A stretch of 64,000 nt of DNA. It comes from Eledone cirrhosa. Its lineage: Eukaryota. Below the pieces are notes generated by a model that worked only from the letters and a program-made list of their open reading frames with translations, had not been told where the DNA came from and did not search any database. Numbering within the stretch: the first letter of the stretch is position 1; every line of letters starts with the position of its first letter. This document shows positions 40,730 to 54,655 of the stretch, one piece after another. Position numbers and translations under genes: made by a program. The stretch spans positions 332,630,001 through 332,694,000 of the forward strand of contig OZ024742.1 in the NCBI GenBank assembly GCA_964016885.1, in the 5' to 3' direction.

Positions 40730-41990
40730 TCTGGTGGTGGAAGACATGAAGATTATAAGTGTTGGTGCAATAAAATGTTCATGACTCCGAGCCGTATAAT
40801 TGTGTTCTCAGTAACATAGCACGAAAAGTTTCAACTTTCGTTTTCAGGGATATACATCTGACTGCCCATAGTCATGACGAAGCTTCCCAAAGGCATCAGT
40901 TGCTTTGGTTTCACGATTGCCAATCTCTTTATCCAGGCATGTAGTGGAGTTCTTCTTGTTGCCAATGTAAGTAAAGGAGTTCACAGACATCAGATCCATA
41001 CCATCATTATTGATGGAAATAAGGGTCTGCCCGTGTCTCGGTTGTCTCTGCTTAAAAATCTTCTTTTCGGAGGAGGTGGTTGGGGGCTTTGCTTGCCGTA
41101 GCACCCAATCTTCTTAATGATGATCTTAGAACCAAGGGTTTTACATACAAGCGAGAATCGTTTCAACAATATTTATGCCTCTTCAAGGGAAGATGAAACA
41201 AGTGTAACATAACCAGCAAACAGTAATACACGAATAACGCCTGTTCATGCAAGTGTTTTAGACTTAAATTGCAGGTGGTTGAATAACCGATCTGATGTAT
41301 AGAATTCAATCTTGTCAACTGTATGTATGTTGCCAAAAGTTTACTATAGCATACCAGACCAGAACAAAGCAAAAAGGACAAGAGCCACGACAAAATTCTG
41401 CTTCGTACCGTTTGTGACACTGAAGGGTTCAGAGCGTTCTCCACTGGATATACTTCATGCCTTTATGTCCTCATGAAAAGACATGATGATATTCAGCATA
41501 TTGTCAAGTATGTAAAACATCTTGAGGATTTTCCAGAGATCTTTACGATGAATGTGTCAAAGGCTTTGGTCAAGTCGACAAAATCCATAAAAATCTTCTG
41601 GTTCTCTTCAGGAAACTTCACTGTAACTTGACGAAGGGAGTTGTTCATGTCAATAGTACGCCAAACCCGTGCGGAAATCACATTGGTTTTAGGGTTGATA
41701 TCTTCAGCCAGTCTGGATATAATTATGTTGGGAAATTCCGTCCCAGCAACACAGATAAAGGAGATGCCACTAGATTTGTCACAGATTGATTGTTAACGTG
41801 TATACTTGCAGATATGGATTATAGACGCATCTCTGAAGTCTGGAAGTACATGTTCATTCTTCTAGATTTCCAAAATTAACCGAAGAAGTGTATGAACCTG
41901 TTTTTGACCACCATATTTGAACATTTCCCGTGGGATGTCATCTTTACCAGGAGGTTTATTGGACGACAGCTGCTTGATAGCTTGGAAAGA
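40730..41990 (-). mobile_element. Degraded RTE (BovB-like) LINE
   Basis: IKQLSSNKPPGKDDIP, FVDLTKAFDT, SVNSFTYIG..LDKEIGNRETKATDAFGKLR. Confidence 0.75.
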
Positions 41991-42539
41991 TAATATAACA
42001 ACTTCATCTACGTTAGACGTATAACATTCGTAACATTTCCAGAGTAAATTAGCAAAAATGAAAAAAAAGTTGACGGAAAAATAATTAAATTCAAGTAAAT
42101 ATTTTCTGGAAAATACATGAAATTAGTAAATATGCATAACTGAGTAAAATTAAATAATCTCTTGACTTATTGGCACGTGAAACTAAAGGTTGAATGAGCC
42201 ATGTACCCCTGATGAAGTCGTAGGGTAGGCACCATATCATGACAATCTATTCATTATCAATAGTATGAGTCTCTGTGTGAGTAATGTATAGTTTGTGAAA
42301 CAGAACAAACATATAATTCGTCATCAATCGACAGACCAGAAGGTTTACTAAATGTATCTGGTCACTCGGTGCAAATGAATTAATAACAAAATCTTACTGC
42401 AGATAAACATTGAGAGTTGTTTATGTGATTAAGAAAACGGCTACAAATACGCGCGCGCGCACACACACACACATATGAATATATATATATACATACATGT
42501 ATGTATGTGCTCATATATATATATATATATATATATACA

Positions 42540-42585
<46 letters not shown>

Positions 42586-42586
42586 G

Positions 42587-42662
<76 letters not shown>

Positions 42663-43689
42663 CACATAACATAAGCACATATGTATGTATATATTTGTCA
42701 TTAACGCTTGTTCGGACATAATAAAAGCGTTCAAGGATTATCTCATTATCTGTATGAAAATAAACAGATGGACGAGGAATAAGAAGAAAAAAAAAGAAAC
42801 ATTAATCGCATAAATATTAATTGAGTATGTCTTCCGCTTAATAGGAAGATATTAATATGATTTACAACAGATCCTTTTAAAACGATTAACATATGAATAT
42901 CTCCAGTCAGATTAGCGATCCGCTGCTATTCATAAACACTATGTACTCGACGTGTTAGAAATAAGAGCCAAATATCACACTCCACTTTTTGTAAAGTTAC
43001 GGAACCAATTGATAATAAAGTGGTAGACAAATATATAAACATCGTTTGGCTACAGTTGCAAAGTCTTTTGTCACATTTTATGCTTGATTATTACTGACCT
43101 GTTGAGACAGAATGTAATTGGTCGCTGCCAAATCTCTCTTAGATCTGTAGTGACCTACATTCCGCGGGCTCACATACATTCTGTGCGCGTGATTTGGATC
43201 AGCTCAGCCAATCAGCGCCAGGGGAAGGGAATGTACCTCTACGCGTTCTGAGGGAGAAATAGCCCGCGAAGATTTGAGAAATATGAGACTTGCAGCTTGA
43301 CCATGTTAAGGTAAACACCACTTGTTCTTTTGCTCCGTAAGCACAAACAATATGTAACGACACAACAATTTTACCACGGACCTGGCCAAACGCCTCAGCC
43401 AGTCGACCGTATTTTCATTGTAATCTTAATTGAATGATTTCATTATTCTTGGCATGTCAGCTTAATTCACTTCTTAACCTTTGTTAATAAATTATGTAAA
43501 AACAAGCTAAAGTCGTTGTCGATATTCTTATCATATCTTTCTACCAAACTGGTGGTTCCTTGTGGCGACATTACAACTTCTAAATACTTATCTCCGCTAA
43601 AGATCCAACACTTATTGTAATATGTCAGGGCTAGAACAGAAAATGTTCGTCGGAGCGTCATTTTGATCCCCGTACGTAGTGTGCAATGA

Positions 43690-43850
43690 AATACAGCATG
43701 ACACAATGGGGAACATGTCTGGCCCCTTGAATTGCAGGTGCAGCTCCTTTTCACCAGCTGAGTAAACTGCAGCAACAGGCAATAAGGTGCCTTGCTCAAA
43801 GATGATACTTACCCCCGGGTATCAAGCACCCTAATACCGCTGAACTATGC
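43690..43850 (-). mobile_element. Degraded CORE-like SINE
   Basis: Minus: ttgagcaaggcaccttattgcctgttgctgcagtttactcagctgg, homologous to 15920-15965. Confidence 0.6.
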
Positions 43851-43959
43851 GGCTTCACGTTAAATTAATACAGAGAGAAAGATTACAAATATGTGGAAGA
43901 GGTCTAAAAGGAAAGTACCAGTATTGGAGGCTCTGTCAGAAAGTTCATAAGCACAAATA

Positions 43960-44170
43960 TAGCAACGACTCTGTTGGTGGAAGACATGAAGATTATAAAT
44001 GTTGGTGTGATAAAATGTTCATGACTGCGAGACGTATAACAGCGGTCTCAGTACCACAGCATTCAACTTTCGTTTTCAGGGGTATATGACAGTCCATAGT
44101 CAATGATGATGCTTGCCAAAGGCGTCAGTTGCGTTGGTTACGCGATTGCCGATCTCCTTATCCAGGGATG
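43960..44170 (-). mobile_element. Second RTE fragment, homologous to 40730-40940
   Basis: ggtggaagacatgaagattataa..aaatgttcatgact..caactttcgttttcaggg shared. Confidence 0.7.
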
Positions 44171-44684
44171 CAAATAACAAACCAAAAGGAAAATAGAAGA
44201 ATGTCATTTACTCATATTTTTTTCTTTTCAAATATTATTTCACTCTTTTGTTTCATCAGAACTTTTATATATACATATGCATTATGGTTCCTAATTGTCT
44301 TGGTTTTATCTTGCAGATTCATTTTTCAGTCTTTCAATATATTTTCATTTACTCTACATCCATGGATATCATTTCATCTCACGTTCTTCTCACACTATTG
44401 TTAGATGTATTGTCTCCCGTCATATAATTATTATGTTGTTTTTTTTTCTAAGTTTTAGTGAACATACATTTTTGGAAGCACAGCAAATTGAATTGAAGTT
44501 ACTAGAACGGTATTTAGAATGGTTTGCAGTATGAGCTCTAGGATTAAATAAGCCTGAGATCAGTTTTGCAGTTCATCTGTTTGGCGTCGATAAATGAATA
44601 GGAGTCCTCAATTAAATTCGATTCTTCTTCTCCCTCTTTCCTCTCTCACTCACTCATTCTCTATCATACCCCGTTTCTCTCTTT

Positions 44685-44745
<61 letters not shown>

Positions 44746-44747
44746 TC

Positions 44748-44799
<52 letters not shown>

Positions 44800-46207
44800 C
44801 TATCTACCCATCTCTCGTAAGGCGGTAAATTGACAGAGAAGTTAGAAAATTAGTTAAAATGTTTTGCCATATTTGATCAGACTGTGCCGTTCAGAGTTCA
44901 AACCCGTGTCTGTCTATCGGTCAGTCCCCCCTTTCTTTCTCCGGAAACTTATTGACCCCCAGTATTTATTTTTCTTAAGCCTGGTAATCATTTCAGGTAT
45001 CACTTTTTTTGTCGAAGATTTATTGTGCAAAACATATAGACATTAAACTTGAATGGACAGTTTAGCGGGCCTGAACACAGAATCCATGAATGCACATGTA
45101 CGTGGAACTGTAATAAGTAATAGAACTGTGTTACTGATTGACTAACTCCTTCCGACATAGATGAACAGAAAATGTCCATCTGGTATGAGACAATGCCGAA
45201 AAATGGAAGGTAGTGGATAGTTTGAAGATATCTGTGAGCATATATATTTTCTTTTATTCGCATGTTGACACCTTATATATATTTTCTAAATTACAGGTTG
45301 ACGCTGTAAAAGGAAACATTGGTTGAATTCCAGTAATTCCAGAAAATAGCGAGTTCTTTCATGGATAAATGTAACTTCTCTGCGAATTTGAGGATTAATT
45401 GTGTAAGGGCATATGTCATTTCCTTTTCTACCCGCTTATGTAGACTATGAGGAGTCAACGAACTGAAACAATAAATAAAAGAGTTATAAAACAAAAATTT
45501 GTGCTGAAGAAAATATATTGCGGATTTTCATCGGAATACTGAGAATATTTTTTGCATAAATGAATATATTTATTGTACCATAAATAGCACACAGGTCCAT
45601 ATGACAGAGGAGAGAGGATATTATACGATGCTGTAACAGCTATTAGTTATAGCATGTCTTTTATAGTAACATACAAGATATCATTAAGTAATTATTTAAA
45701 AATAGCTCAATACTTGATGACAAATCTGAAATTAAGAGGCAGCGGTTGATGAAAGGTGGTTGGGAAATGGGTAAAGAATATTAGAGAATGCATTTAGAAA
45801 ACGATTATGAATACGGCATGTTAATTTTGAAATTCACACGAAAATATATGCTCCGGGTAGCATTATGTTCAGATCAGATGTAAATGAATCAATAATCACT
45901 GTTCTAATGGAATATTTAAATTAACGACCAACGTTACCAACAACTGAATGAGATCACAAGACGATAGCAGCAGTTAAGCAGAATATGATAATGGCAAAAC
46001 AGATTTTTTAATTCAAATAGAAATATATCATACGCATGAAGTATACTCGTACTCATATATATACATATGCATATATAATCATGTATGTATGTATGTATGT
46101 ATGTATGTATGTATGTATGTATGTATGTATGTATGTATGTATGTATGTTCGTATGTATGTATGTATGTATGTATGTATGTATGTATGTATGTATGTATGT
46201 ATGTATG

Positions 46208-46422
46208 TTAAACCACTGCGAGTGAAGGACCCCAATCCTTTGTCAGGGCATACTTCTAGGAGAAGGTAACTCAGGAGACTGGGATAACTCCGATATAAAA
46301 CCTGCAGCTCAGTAGTTACCGATGATGTTGATCTTTTATTCTTTTCGGAATTAATTAATAATAAATTAATAATCATTATTAATGGTACATCGTGCATACT
46401 CGATAACGAGGGGGCAGCCATC
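46208..46422 (+). mobile_element. Short insertion within (ATGT)n; possibly an RTE-derived non-autonomous element
   Basis: ctaggagaaggtaactc..tataaaacc resembles an RTE 5'-UTR motif; (ATGT)n on both sides. Confidence 0.4.
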
Positions 46423-46805
46423 ATGTATGTATGTATGTATGTATGTATGTATGTATGTATGTATGTATGTATGTATGTATGTATATATGCAAGTATGTAC
46501 ATATGTACAATATATACCTGCGTAAGTGTGTATGTGAGCATACGTGTGTGTGTGTGTGAGTGTGTTGTGTTTGTGTTTGAATGAATGTGTATGTATGTAT
46601 GTACATATATACCTGCGTAGGTGTGCATGTGCCTATACGTGTGTGTGTGAGTGTGTGTGTGTGTGAGGGTGTGCGTATGTGTGTGGATGTGTGCGTGTGT
46701 GTGTGTGTGTTTGTGTGAGTATGTATGTACATATCTATCTTCAAAATAAGTGATAAACATCAAAGAAAAAGCATTTCCAGAGAAGAGTACATTTAAATGG
46801 TATAT

Positions 46806-47365
46806 ACTATGTGTGTCAAAAAGAAACAAGATGGGTTCGCAAAAGAAATAATTCGAATCCAAACTACAAATTACAAGTTTCCTTCTCCGAAATAATCTCC
46901 CTCGAGCCTAACGTACTTTTCAATCCTACTCCGCCACGTCTCCATGCAATCCTGGAAGGATTCTCCCGGAATTCTCCGCAGATGCGCCGCCATAGCCCTG
47001 AAAACGGGTCGTTGTCGGAGATCCATGACCCTAAGTCGGTTTTGCCTCTTCTGAGCAAGTATGGTTCGGTTTCTAGAAACTCGAGAATCTTCTGACACGT
47101 CTGCATGCACGGCTCATTCTGGTCATCATTCAGCATCTTCAGCACCATCTTCCAGAGATCTTCCAAATGTTCGGTGATAATCTCCCAAACGCTGTTCCGC
47201 TTATGCCCAGCTCACATGCCATCAATAAAAAATTCAATTGAGATCTCCATGCACCACCTGCCTCAATCACTCAAAGTTGACCTCAGACCCACTCATAAAA
47301 GGCATTCTGCTCCTGGGTTCCCTTTCCACGACATGGCGTTCCTCTTTGAATTTGTTGTGCTACTT
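46806..47365 (-). mobile_element. Internally deleted mariner (Tc1/mariner) transposase relic
   Basis: HNKFKEERHVVEREPRS..ELGI..VWEIITEHL, KMLNDDQ..SWISDNDP, then a jump to the C-terminus RRIPGESFQDCMETWRSRIEKYVRLEGDYF. Confidence 0.8.
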
Positions 47366-47394
47366 GATGTATGTATGTAAGCACAAATGTCTTC

Positions 47395-47540
47395 AGGCAT
47401 GGCTGACTCGTTGGGAAGTTCATTTTTCAATCACGATGACTCGAGCTTTATCCCATTGTGTAGCGTATAATCAAACTGTTTTTTCCCATTGCTTCGAATT
47501 GACCTAACGATTGTGAGTGAAAACTATGTAGAATCTCCTT
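47395..47540 (+). mobile_element. Degraded tRNA-derived SINE
   Basis: caggcatggctg..aatcacgatgactcgagc..atcccattg head, gacctaacgattgtgagtg downstream. Confidence 0.45.
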
Positions 47541-47911
47541 GAAATTATTGCACCTGTAATTCAAATATACAGACATGTCACATATTTTGCCGCACTGAGT
47601 TGGCTTGTGTCAGTGGAATATTCAATCACAGGTAAGTTGAATCACGATTTGAACTTTCATTTTGTCGCACAACTCTAAGTGCCCATCATGAAACACCGAT
47701 AGGTTTCATGACATATATACACACACATATATATATGTTTCTTCCCCCTCTCTCTCCATAGAGTGTGTAGCTGTAAGCCTGCACGCATTATTTATTCTTC
47801 TCTGTGATCTGAGTGAAAAGATAGCCCTATTGAAATTGACTGAAGGGGTCAACGGTTGATAGATTGAATATATACATACATATATATATATACATACATA
47901 TATATATATAT

Positions 47912-49742
47912 TTTCGCGATGAATAGGACAAACCTAACACGCGACGAGCTCCGAATCATACACGCCGCCAACAAGACCATGATCTAATTTGGTGGGGACA
48001 TATGAACCCGGAGCGACTGGCCAAATAATTTTGACATTACAATGGGTTCCAGTGACTCCGCGCAGCTAACGGACTTGGTTGGGATATACATACTCTACGA
48101 GATCAAGAGAGAAATACCCAACCTGGGTGGCGGGCTGTACCGAGACGACGCACTATTCACCCTAGTGGACCACAGCACCACAATGGTCGAAATTATGAAG
48201 AGGAGAATTAGGCACTTCTTTAGCAAGGTAGGACTTAAAGTAGAGATGGAATCCAATAGAAAAGTAGTGAATTTCCTGGACACCACCCTCAACCTCAACA
48301 CCAAGCTACACCACTCATATCATAAACCCAATGAGAAGCTGGTGTATATCAACGCTGGGTCCAATCACCCTAGATCTATAGTTAAGGCCGTAGTTAAGAG
48401 TGTCTCTGACAGGATCTCTAACTTGTCAGCCAATAAAGAGATATTCAATAGTAACGTTGATTACTATAACTCAGCGCTAGCCAAGGCGTCCCACAGCCAT
48501 AGGATCAGCTACAACCCTAAGGGACATGATCGAAATGACCAAAGGGTACCCAGGACAAATACCCTCAGGGGCATGAGTCGCCCACCTAATACCTCGGTGA
48601 CCAGTAGTAACACTCCCCGACCTCAATCCGTCACCACCCCCGGTAGAAGGTCCCGCATACCCCACCGGTCTAATACCTACAACGCTGAAGACCACTGTGC
48701 TGCGGAGCATAGGCACCCCTGCCCTGGCCCCACCACCCGCCGAACCCTAATTGAGCAGGGAGGCCGCACCTTGCAGGTTTATAGCCCCACGGTGGGCCCA
48801 TGTAACCCTCATGATAGTGACCGCTCCGCACACCTGATTGACACCAACCGAGCTCGACCTGAGCTGTGCACAACCACGCGATGGACCACGGCGGACACCC
48901 AAAAACCCCGCAAGAATAGGACCCGGAAGTTCACATGGTATAACCCTCCGTACTCGGTGGTTCTCCGTACCAGCCTGGCTAGAACATTCTTTAGAGTACT
49001 GGATAAATGTTTTCCTATGGCCCACAAGTACCATAAAATATTCAACAGGCACACGGTGAAACTTTCCTACTCAACCACACGCTCCGAAGCCCAGCACATA
49101 GCTGGCATAAATAGGAATAGGCTCACTGCCTCTAATACCACCGTAAACCCCGGAGCCACCTAACAGAACCAGCACGCGGAACGCACCGGAACAAGGACAG
49201 GCCCAACTATCACACCGGAACCCAACGACCCTGTGCTGATTGCAGAGGCTACCCAGCCAACCCCGAGTGATGGTAACCACGCGGTACATGTGGTGGGGCT
49301 TAAGAAGTCATGTAATTGCAGAGACCCATCACTATGCCCCCTCAGTAATCAATGAATGACGAAAAACGTAGTCTACAGGTGCAAGGTCACAACCCCTAAC
49401 ACGGAGCACCACTACATAGTATCCACAGCGACGAGCTTCAAAGATCGGTGGTATAACCATTGCTATTCCTTTAACAGAATAGATAAGAGGAAATGTACGG
49501 CCCTTTCTGAATTGATCTGGAAGCTCAAACTTGAAAATACCCCGCACTCTCTGGTCTGGTCCGTGGTTAGAAAGGTTCCCCCAGACAGAGGCGGGTCTGG
49601 TATTTGCAACCTCTGTCTTAGTGAGACACTCGAGATACTTCATGGCGGAACCAAGCTATTAAACAGAAGGACCGATATTCGGTGCCTGCAGACAGCTAAG
49701 GACGGGAACTTTCCTCAAACTATATGGATAAACCCCGGTTAA
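47912..49742 (+). pseudogene. PLE RT-thumb-linker-GIY-YIG reading frame with in-frame stops (two 5' of 48042, TAA 49161, TGA 49353)
   Basis: FDITMGSSDSAQLTDLVGIYIL..GLYRDDAL, VNFLDTTLNL, SNHP, RKFTWYNPPYS, TVKLSYS, CNCRDPSLCPLSNQ*, VVYRC..FKDRWYNH..TALSELIW..CNLCLSE. Confidence 0.9.
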
Positions 49743-49911
49743 TGCCTCCCACAACTCCCCCCCCCCTCCCCATGTAGGTCCCCTACACCCCGTACCAATA
49801 ACCAATGGATAACAACAACACCCACCACCCATAGTTTGTGGTCCCTGTGGTGGATGGTCCACCGGATCCTCTACTGGATAGGAGTCATCAAAACCACGTT
49901 TATTGAACTTG

Positions 49912-49969
<58 letters not shown>

Positions 49970-50071
49970 GTGTGTATATGTATATAATTTATATGTGTAT
50001 ATGTGTGTATTTTATATATACATGTATATATATATATGTGTATTTTATATATATATATATATGTATATGTG

Positions 50072-50164
<93 letters not shown>

Positions 50165-51030
50165 ATATGTGTGTGTATTTTATATCAATGTATATTTTAT
50201 ATATATATATGTATTTTATATATATATATATTTTATATATATATGTGTTTTATATATATATATGTATTTTATATATATATACATATATACTTGTGCGTAC
50301 ATATATATATATACACACCTGTATGGATTTGTGTGTGTAGATGTGAGTGTGTCTGAAGGGGTAGGTGTGAGTGTATGTACAAGTCAACAAACATAAGCCT
50401 TTTATTTCTAAATTCTCTAAATAATCTAAGTATTTGACTCTAACCATTATTTTAAGTATTACCACCCCACATTAATTCCTCAATTTGTACGTGTGGATGT
50501 GTGTGTCTGTCTGTGGAGATGGGTGTGAGTGTACGTGCAAACCAACCTACATAAGTCTTTTTATTTGTAAATTTTCTACTCTAACCATAATTTTCAGTAG
50601 CACCACTCCACATAAATTCCTCAATTTAAAAACGACCTGTAGTATCTATTTCATACTATTAACCTTAATTGAATATATATCTGACCAGTAATGCTTTTTG
50701 TGAAAATCAGTCATATGGAACTATTGCCTGACGGTTTGAACTTTACAACACCACTTGCCTCTTTGAGGTCAAATACCAACCCTACTAGCATCTACTAGCT
50801 GACTAATGAGAATTAAGACTATTCCTCTTGCCTGACGGTTTTAACTTAAACAACACCACCTGCCTCTTTGAGGTCAAATACCAACCCTACTAGCATCTAC
50901 AAACTGACCAATGAGAATAAAGACTATTCCTGCTGACAACATTAAATTATTCCTAACAAGCTCATTTGTCCCAAGGCTCTGATACCATCAACACTATAAA
51001 CACAGAGCTGGCATATCTAAGAACTAACTA

Positions 51031-51086
51031 ACTGCCTGATGAGGTCATAGCCATGCAATGACTATCATCGAAATATATATAGCAGT
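51031..51086 (+). ncRNA. Type-I hammerhead ribozyme at the PLE 3' terminus
   Basis: actgc-CTGATGA-ggtcatagccatgcaatgactatcatc-GAAA-tatata-TA-gcagt then aaataaa; perfect 5-bp stem I, palindromic stem III. Confidence 0.8.
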
Positions 51087-51272
51087 AAATAAAGGATTAT
51101 GAGTTCTTGCAATTGACTTATGTTTCGTCACTATATATATATATATATATATATGCTTTTTCGCCAACTTACACAAAGTCTGAGGATAAAGTTTTTCTTC
51201 TTGATTTATTTTAGATTAAGATTGTATTACTTTTCCCACATCTTACATTGAAAATCTTTTCATCTTGATGGT

Positions 51273-52678
51273 AAAATATAATAAAAAAGAATATAATAGA
51301 AAATGAGAGACAGATATATCAGAATGTAAGATTGGAAAGTGGGAAGGGAAATAAAACAAAAACTAAGGAGTCTAACACAGCTGCTATACTTAGTTGGTCC
51401 TTCTTCTTTGGGGGCCAATGCTATAGAATGGGTTGACAGATGAGAATTATTGAAAATTTAGTATTGGGTATTAAATATTAATACCACATCTCTGGGGTCT
51501 AACACAGCTGCTATGATTACTTAGTATAGCGTAATCGGCGAATGCTATCTGTCAGTTACTGGGATGGGGGTACTGAGGCTAAAGAGGCCCGATGGGCGCT
51601 TCGTGGTAGGCGAAAGAGGAAAAAAAACAAAGGAACGAACGAGGAAGAAGTTCGGTGGTGGAAAGAAGTGATAGGGAGCAGACACTGGGAAGAAGAAAAC
51701 ATAGAGGAAAAGGAAAGGGGTACATCTACCTATATAAGTTGGGGATTTCCCTATCTTATTCTGCAAGCGGGGTATTTAGGCCCCTGTCTACCCACCCGGA
51801 TCATTAGGGGGTTTGAGGGCGAGGTAAGTCTTCTGCAATCTGTGTTTGCATGCATTTACCAGTTCATCTTTTTTGTTTAGGAGTTGATCCTTCGTAAACA
51901 GCATTTGTAATGTTTCCTCCGAGCATAAGTTACATGGACGGCGTTCTCCCCTGTAAGAGTTAGCTCTTACCATCGTACTTGGAGCTTATTATCCTGAGCT
52001 AACTCTTACACGGGAGGACGCCGTCCATGTAACTTATGCTCAGAGGAAACATTACAAATGCTGTTTACGAAGGATCAACTCCTAAACAAAAAAGATGAAC
52101 TGGTAACTGCATGGAAACACAAATTGCGGAAGACTTACCTCGCCCTCAAACCCCCTAATGATCCGGGTGGGTAGACAAGGGCTGAAACACCCCACTTGCC
52201 GAATAAGATAGGGAAATCCCCAACTTATATAGGTAGATGTACCCCTTTTCTTTTCCTCTATGTTTTCTTCTTCTATTTGTCTCTTCCTTTCACTTCTTTC
52301 CACCACCGAACTTCTTCCTCGTTCGTTCCTTTGTTTTTTCCCCTTCCGCCTACCCGAGGCGCCCATCTGGCCTCTTTAGCCTCATTACCCCCACCCTGAC
52401 AGAGAGCATTCGTCGATTACGCTATATTAACTAATCATAGCAGCTGTGTTAGACCCCAGAGATGTGGTATTAATATTTAATACCCAATTCTAAATTTTCA
52501 ATAATTCTCATCTAGCAACCCATTCTATAGCATTGGCCCCCAAAGAAGCAGCACCAACTAAGTATAGCAGCAGTGTTAGACTCCTTAGTTTTTGTTTTAT
52601 TTCTCTTCTCACTTTCCAATCTTACATTCTGATATATATGTCTCTCATTTTCTATTATATTCTTTTTTATTATATTTT
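51273..52678. mobile_element. Head-to-head inverted pair (~690-bp arms, 29-nt spacer) of a PLE 3' end
   Basis: Arms 51273-51966 and 51996-52678 are reverse complements; they encode RANSY..PCNLCSEETLQML..LLNKKDELVNACKH (GIY-YIG C-terminus). Confidence 0.9.
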
Positions 52679-52984
52679 CCTTTGTCCCCTAATTTCATTT
52701 GATTTACCTTTTCTATAACGTCCCTCCTCCATTTTCTAAAGAAACCTTTTTTTGCCTACCTCCCCTGGCCTACTCTCATACACATTCCTTAGAATTTGCC
52801 GTGCAGATTTCACCTTCAACGCTTGACAGGCTCTACCCATTCCCCTATTGTTCTACAGGCAAGTTCAGCCACCCCCACCCCGCACCCACTGCCATGATAG
52901 ACTTTTCTGTGTCTGCTACAAATGTTGACCAATCCTCTTGACGACTACAATCTTCCCATATAAGGAAGTACCACTTGAAAAGTT

Positions 52985-53069
52985 CGGCTATTTATTTACC
53001 AGACTAAAAATACCGTCCAGAAATAGCCGTCGAAACGGCTTGAGCTCTGCCGTCAAGGTCATACTTTCT

Positions 53070-53072
<3 letters not shown>
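52985..53072. repeat. Small hairpin-headed element (partial family copy 3)
   Basis: gtccagaaatagccgtcgaaacggcttgagctctgccgtcaaggtcatac then (TA)n. Confidence 0.7.
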
Positions 53073-53115
<43 letters not shown>

Positions 53116-54422
53116 TGTGTGTGTGTGTGTGTATAATTACAACAACCCAGATATTAACTGATGTTCCCTCAAACACTACTGCTATTGTTATCACCAGATC
53201 TAAGCACGACTCATTTATATACACTATTTCATTTCAAGTGGATGGTTGATAAATTGCAGAAACATCAGTGTATATAAGATAAATCAGTGTATATAAGATG
53301 CCTGATCAAGCACTTCAGATAAAAAGTTTTCTGGAACGTCAGTGATGCTTACTTTACACGTAGAATTCTAATCCTATATTTTCTGGAAGAAATGAGCAGA
53401 GATTTTCTATCGTCTAAACATTTCTATTTCTGTATTGTCTCCTCTCTTCTGAGAATAGTTGATATAAATGATGATGAATGGTTAATAATGGTGATTGCGT
53501 TTGTATACGGACCCCGTTCATCTTGCGAAGATATTTGCAGACGTCTAGCTTTCACTAATATAATTACACAACTACATCACATTACAGGATAACAAGCATT
53601 TTAACATAGATAGTTATAGTGAAAATAAAATCGTGTCCTTTTACTATCTGAAAATCGTATTGTTCTTTTATTCTATTGAAGCAAAGAAAAGCATTCTTAA
53701 CGACTGATGATGATTACCATCTTTAAAATCAAATTCAATAATAAAACGGTTGTTGAAGTGATAACCATACGTATAGAGAGAGTGGTGCGATATTTGTTCA
53801 AAGATATTACTTCTACATTAAGATGTCTTGTTTTATGTCAGTGGTTCCACCATTTAATAGATACAAATGATGTATATAGATTATCTGTATGGGATGCTTC
53901 GGTTAAAGAATATAAAAGGTGATGGGGTGAACGTGATATAACAGAAGAAAAATAAATGTTCTAAGATAAACAATTATCAATCTAAATCATTTCTCGATTG
54001 TATATAAGACCCGAGGCTGCAGACAGGTAAAAGTCAGCTGTCTGTTGACTTGGTAAAATAATAGAATGAACACGAAACATTTTGGTTATAAATTTTGTTG
54101 TCACACTTTATAGATACTAATCGATTTACAATATATATGTGCAGGCCAGATTGTCAAATTTGTTACATATTTTCCGTATAGACCCAACGTTATTTCATCT
54201 AGCTGTTCACAAGATAGTCACCAGGTAGTCACAGTGAATAGATATTAACTATATAATCAAATGTGTAACATCGTATCTATATAGACATAATGCACATGAT
54301 CACAATAATTTTAGTAAAATGTTTTGTGTATTTTCTATATAGAAACAACATTATTGTGAGTATATATTCCAAAGATAACCAAGATGTGTAAATGCCGGCG
54401 TGATCGTTAAATGTGTCATATA

Positions 54423-54630
54423 TAGTATTCTGCATGTTCTTCTAAGATTTGTCGGTTAGATGAGAGGCGGGAGATCCTAAGGGATATGCTGCGTGGAATG
54501 GATTTAATTATGTATAGTGGGTGGTTTGAGTTACAGTTGATGTATGCTAAGTTTTCATTAATCTTGTGAAAAGGTCTTATAAGTCCCGTATTTAGGTTAA
54601 GCGTCGCGTCTAGAAAGTTAACTGTTTTAG
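54423..54630 (-). mobile_element. PLE RT/thumb fragment, inverted relative to and abutting the 591-bp array
   Basis: Minus, open frame: KTVNFLDATLNLNTGLIRPFHKINENLAYINCNSNHPLYIIKSIPRSISLRISRLSSNRQILEEHAEYY. Confidence 0.9.
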
Positions 54631-54655
54631 TTCTTGAGACTAGTAAAATGAGGTA

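Larger units (their letters stand above)
47911..51131 (+). mobile_element. 5'-truncated Penelope-like element (Naiad-like) bounded by (TA)n, with 3' region, internal tandem duplications and terminal HHR
   Basis: Coding part below; duplications at about 50330-50630 and 50722-50930; HHR at 51031. Continuity across the TA-rich tract 49915-50320 is inferred. Confidence 0.75.

Noticed and set aside
42204-42226. taccc-CTGATGA-agtc-GTA-gggta hammerhead-like string
   Set aside because: Lacks stem II and GAAA; a deleted relic or chance
50722-50930. Duplicated tgac-stem-AA element as a possible SECIS for the 49353 TGA
   Set aside because: The 3' GA of the non-Watson-Crick quartet is missing in both copies
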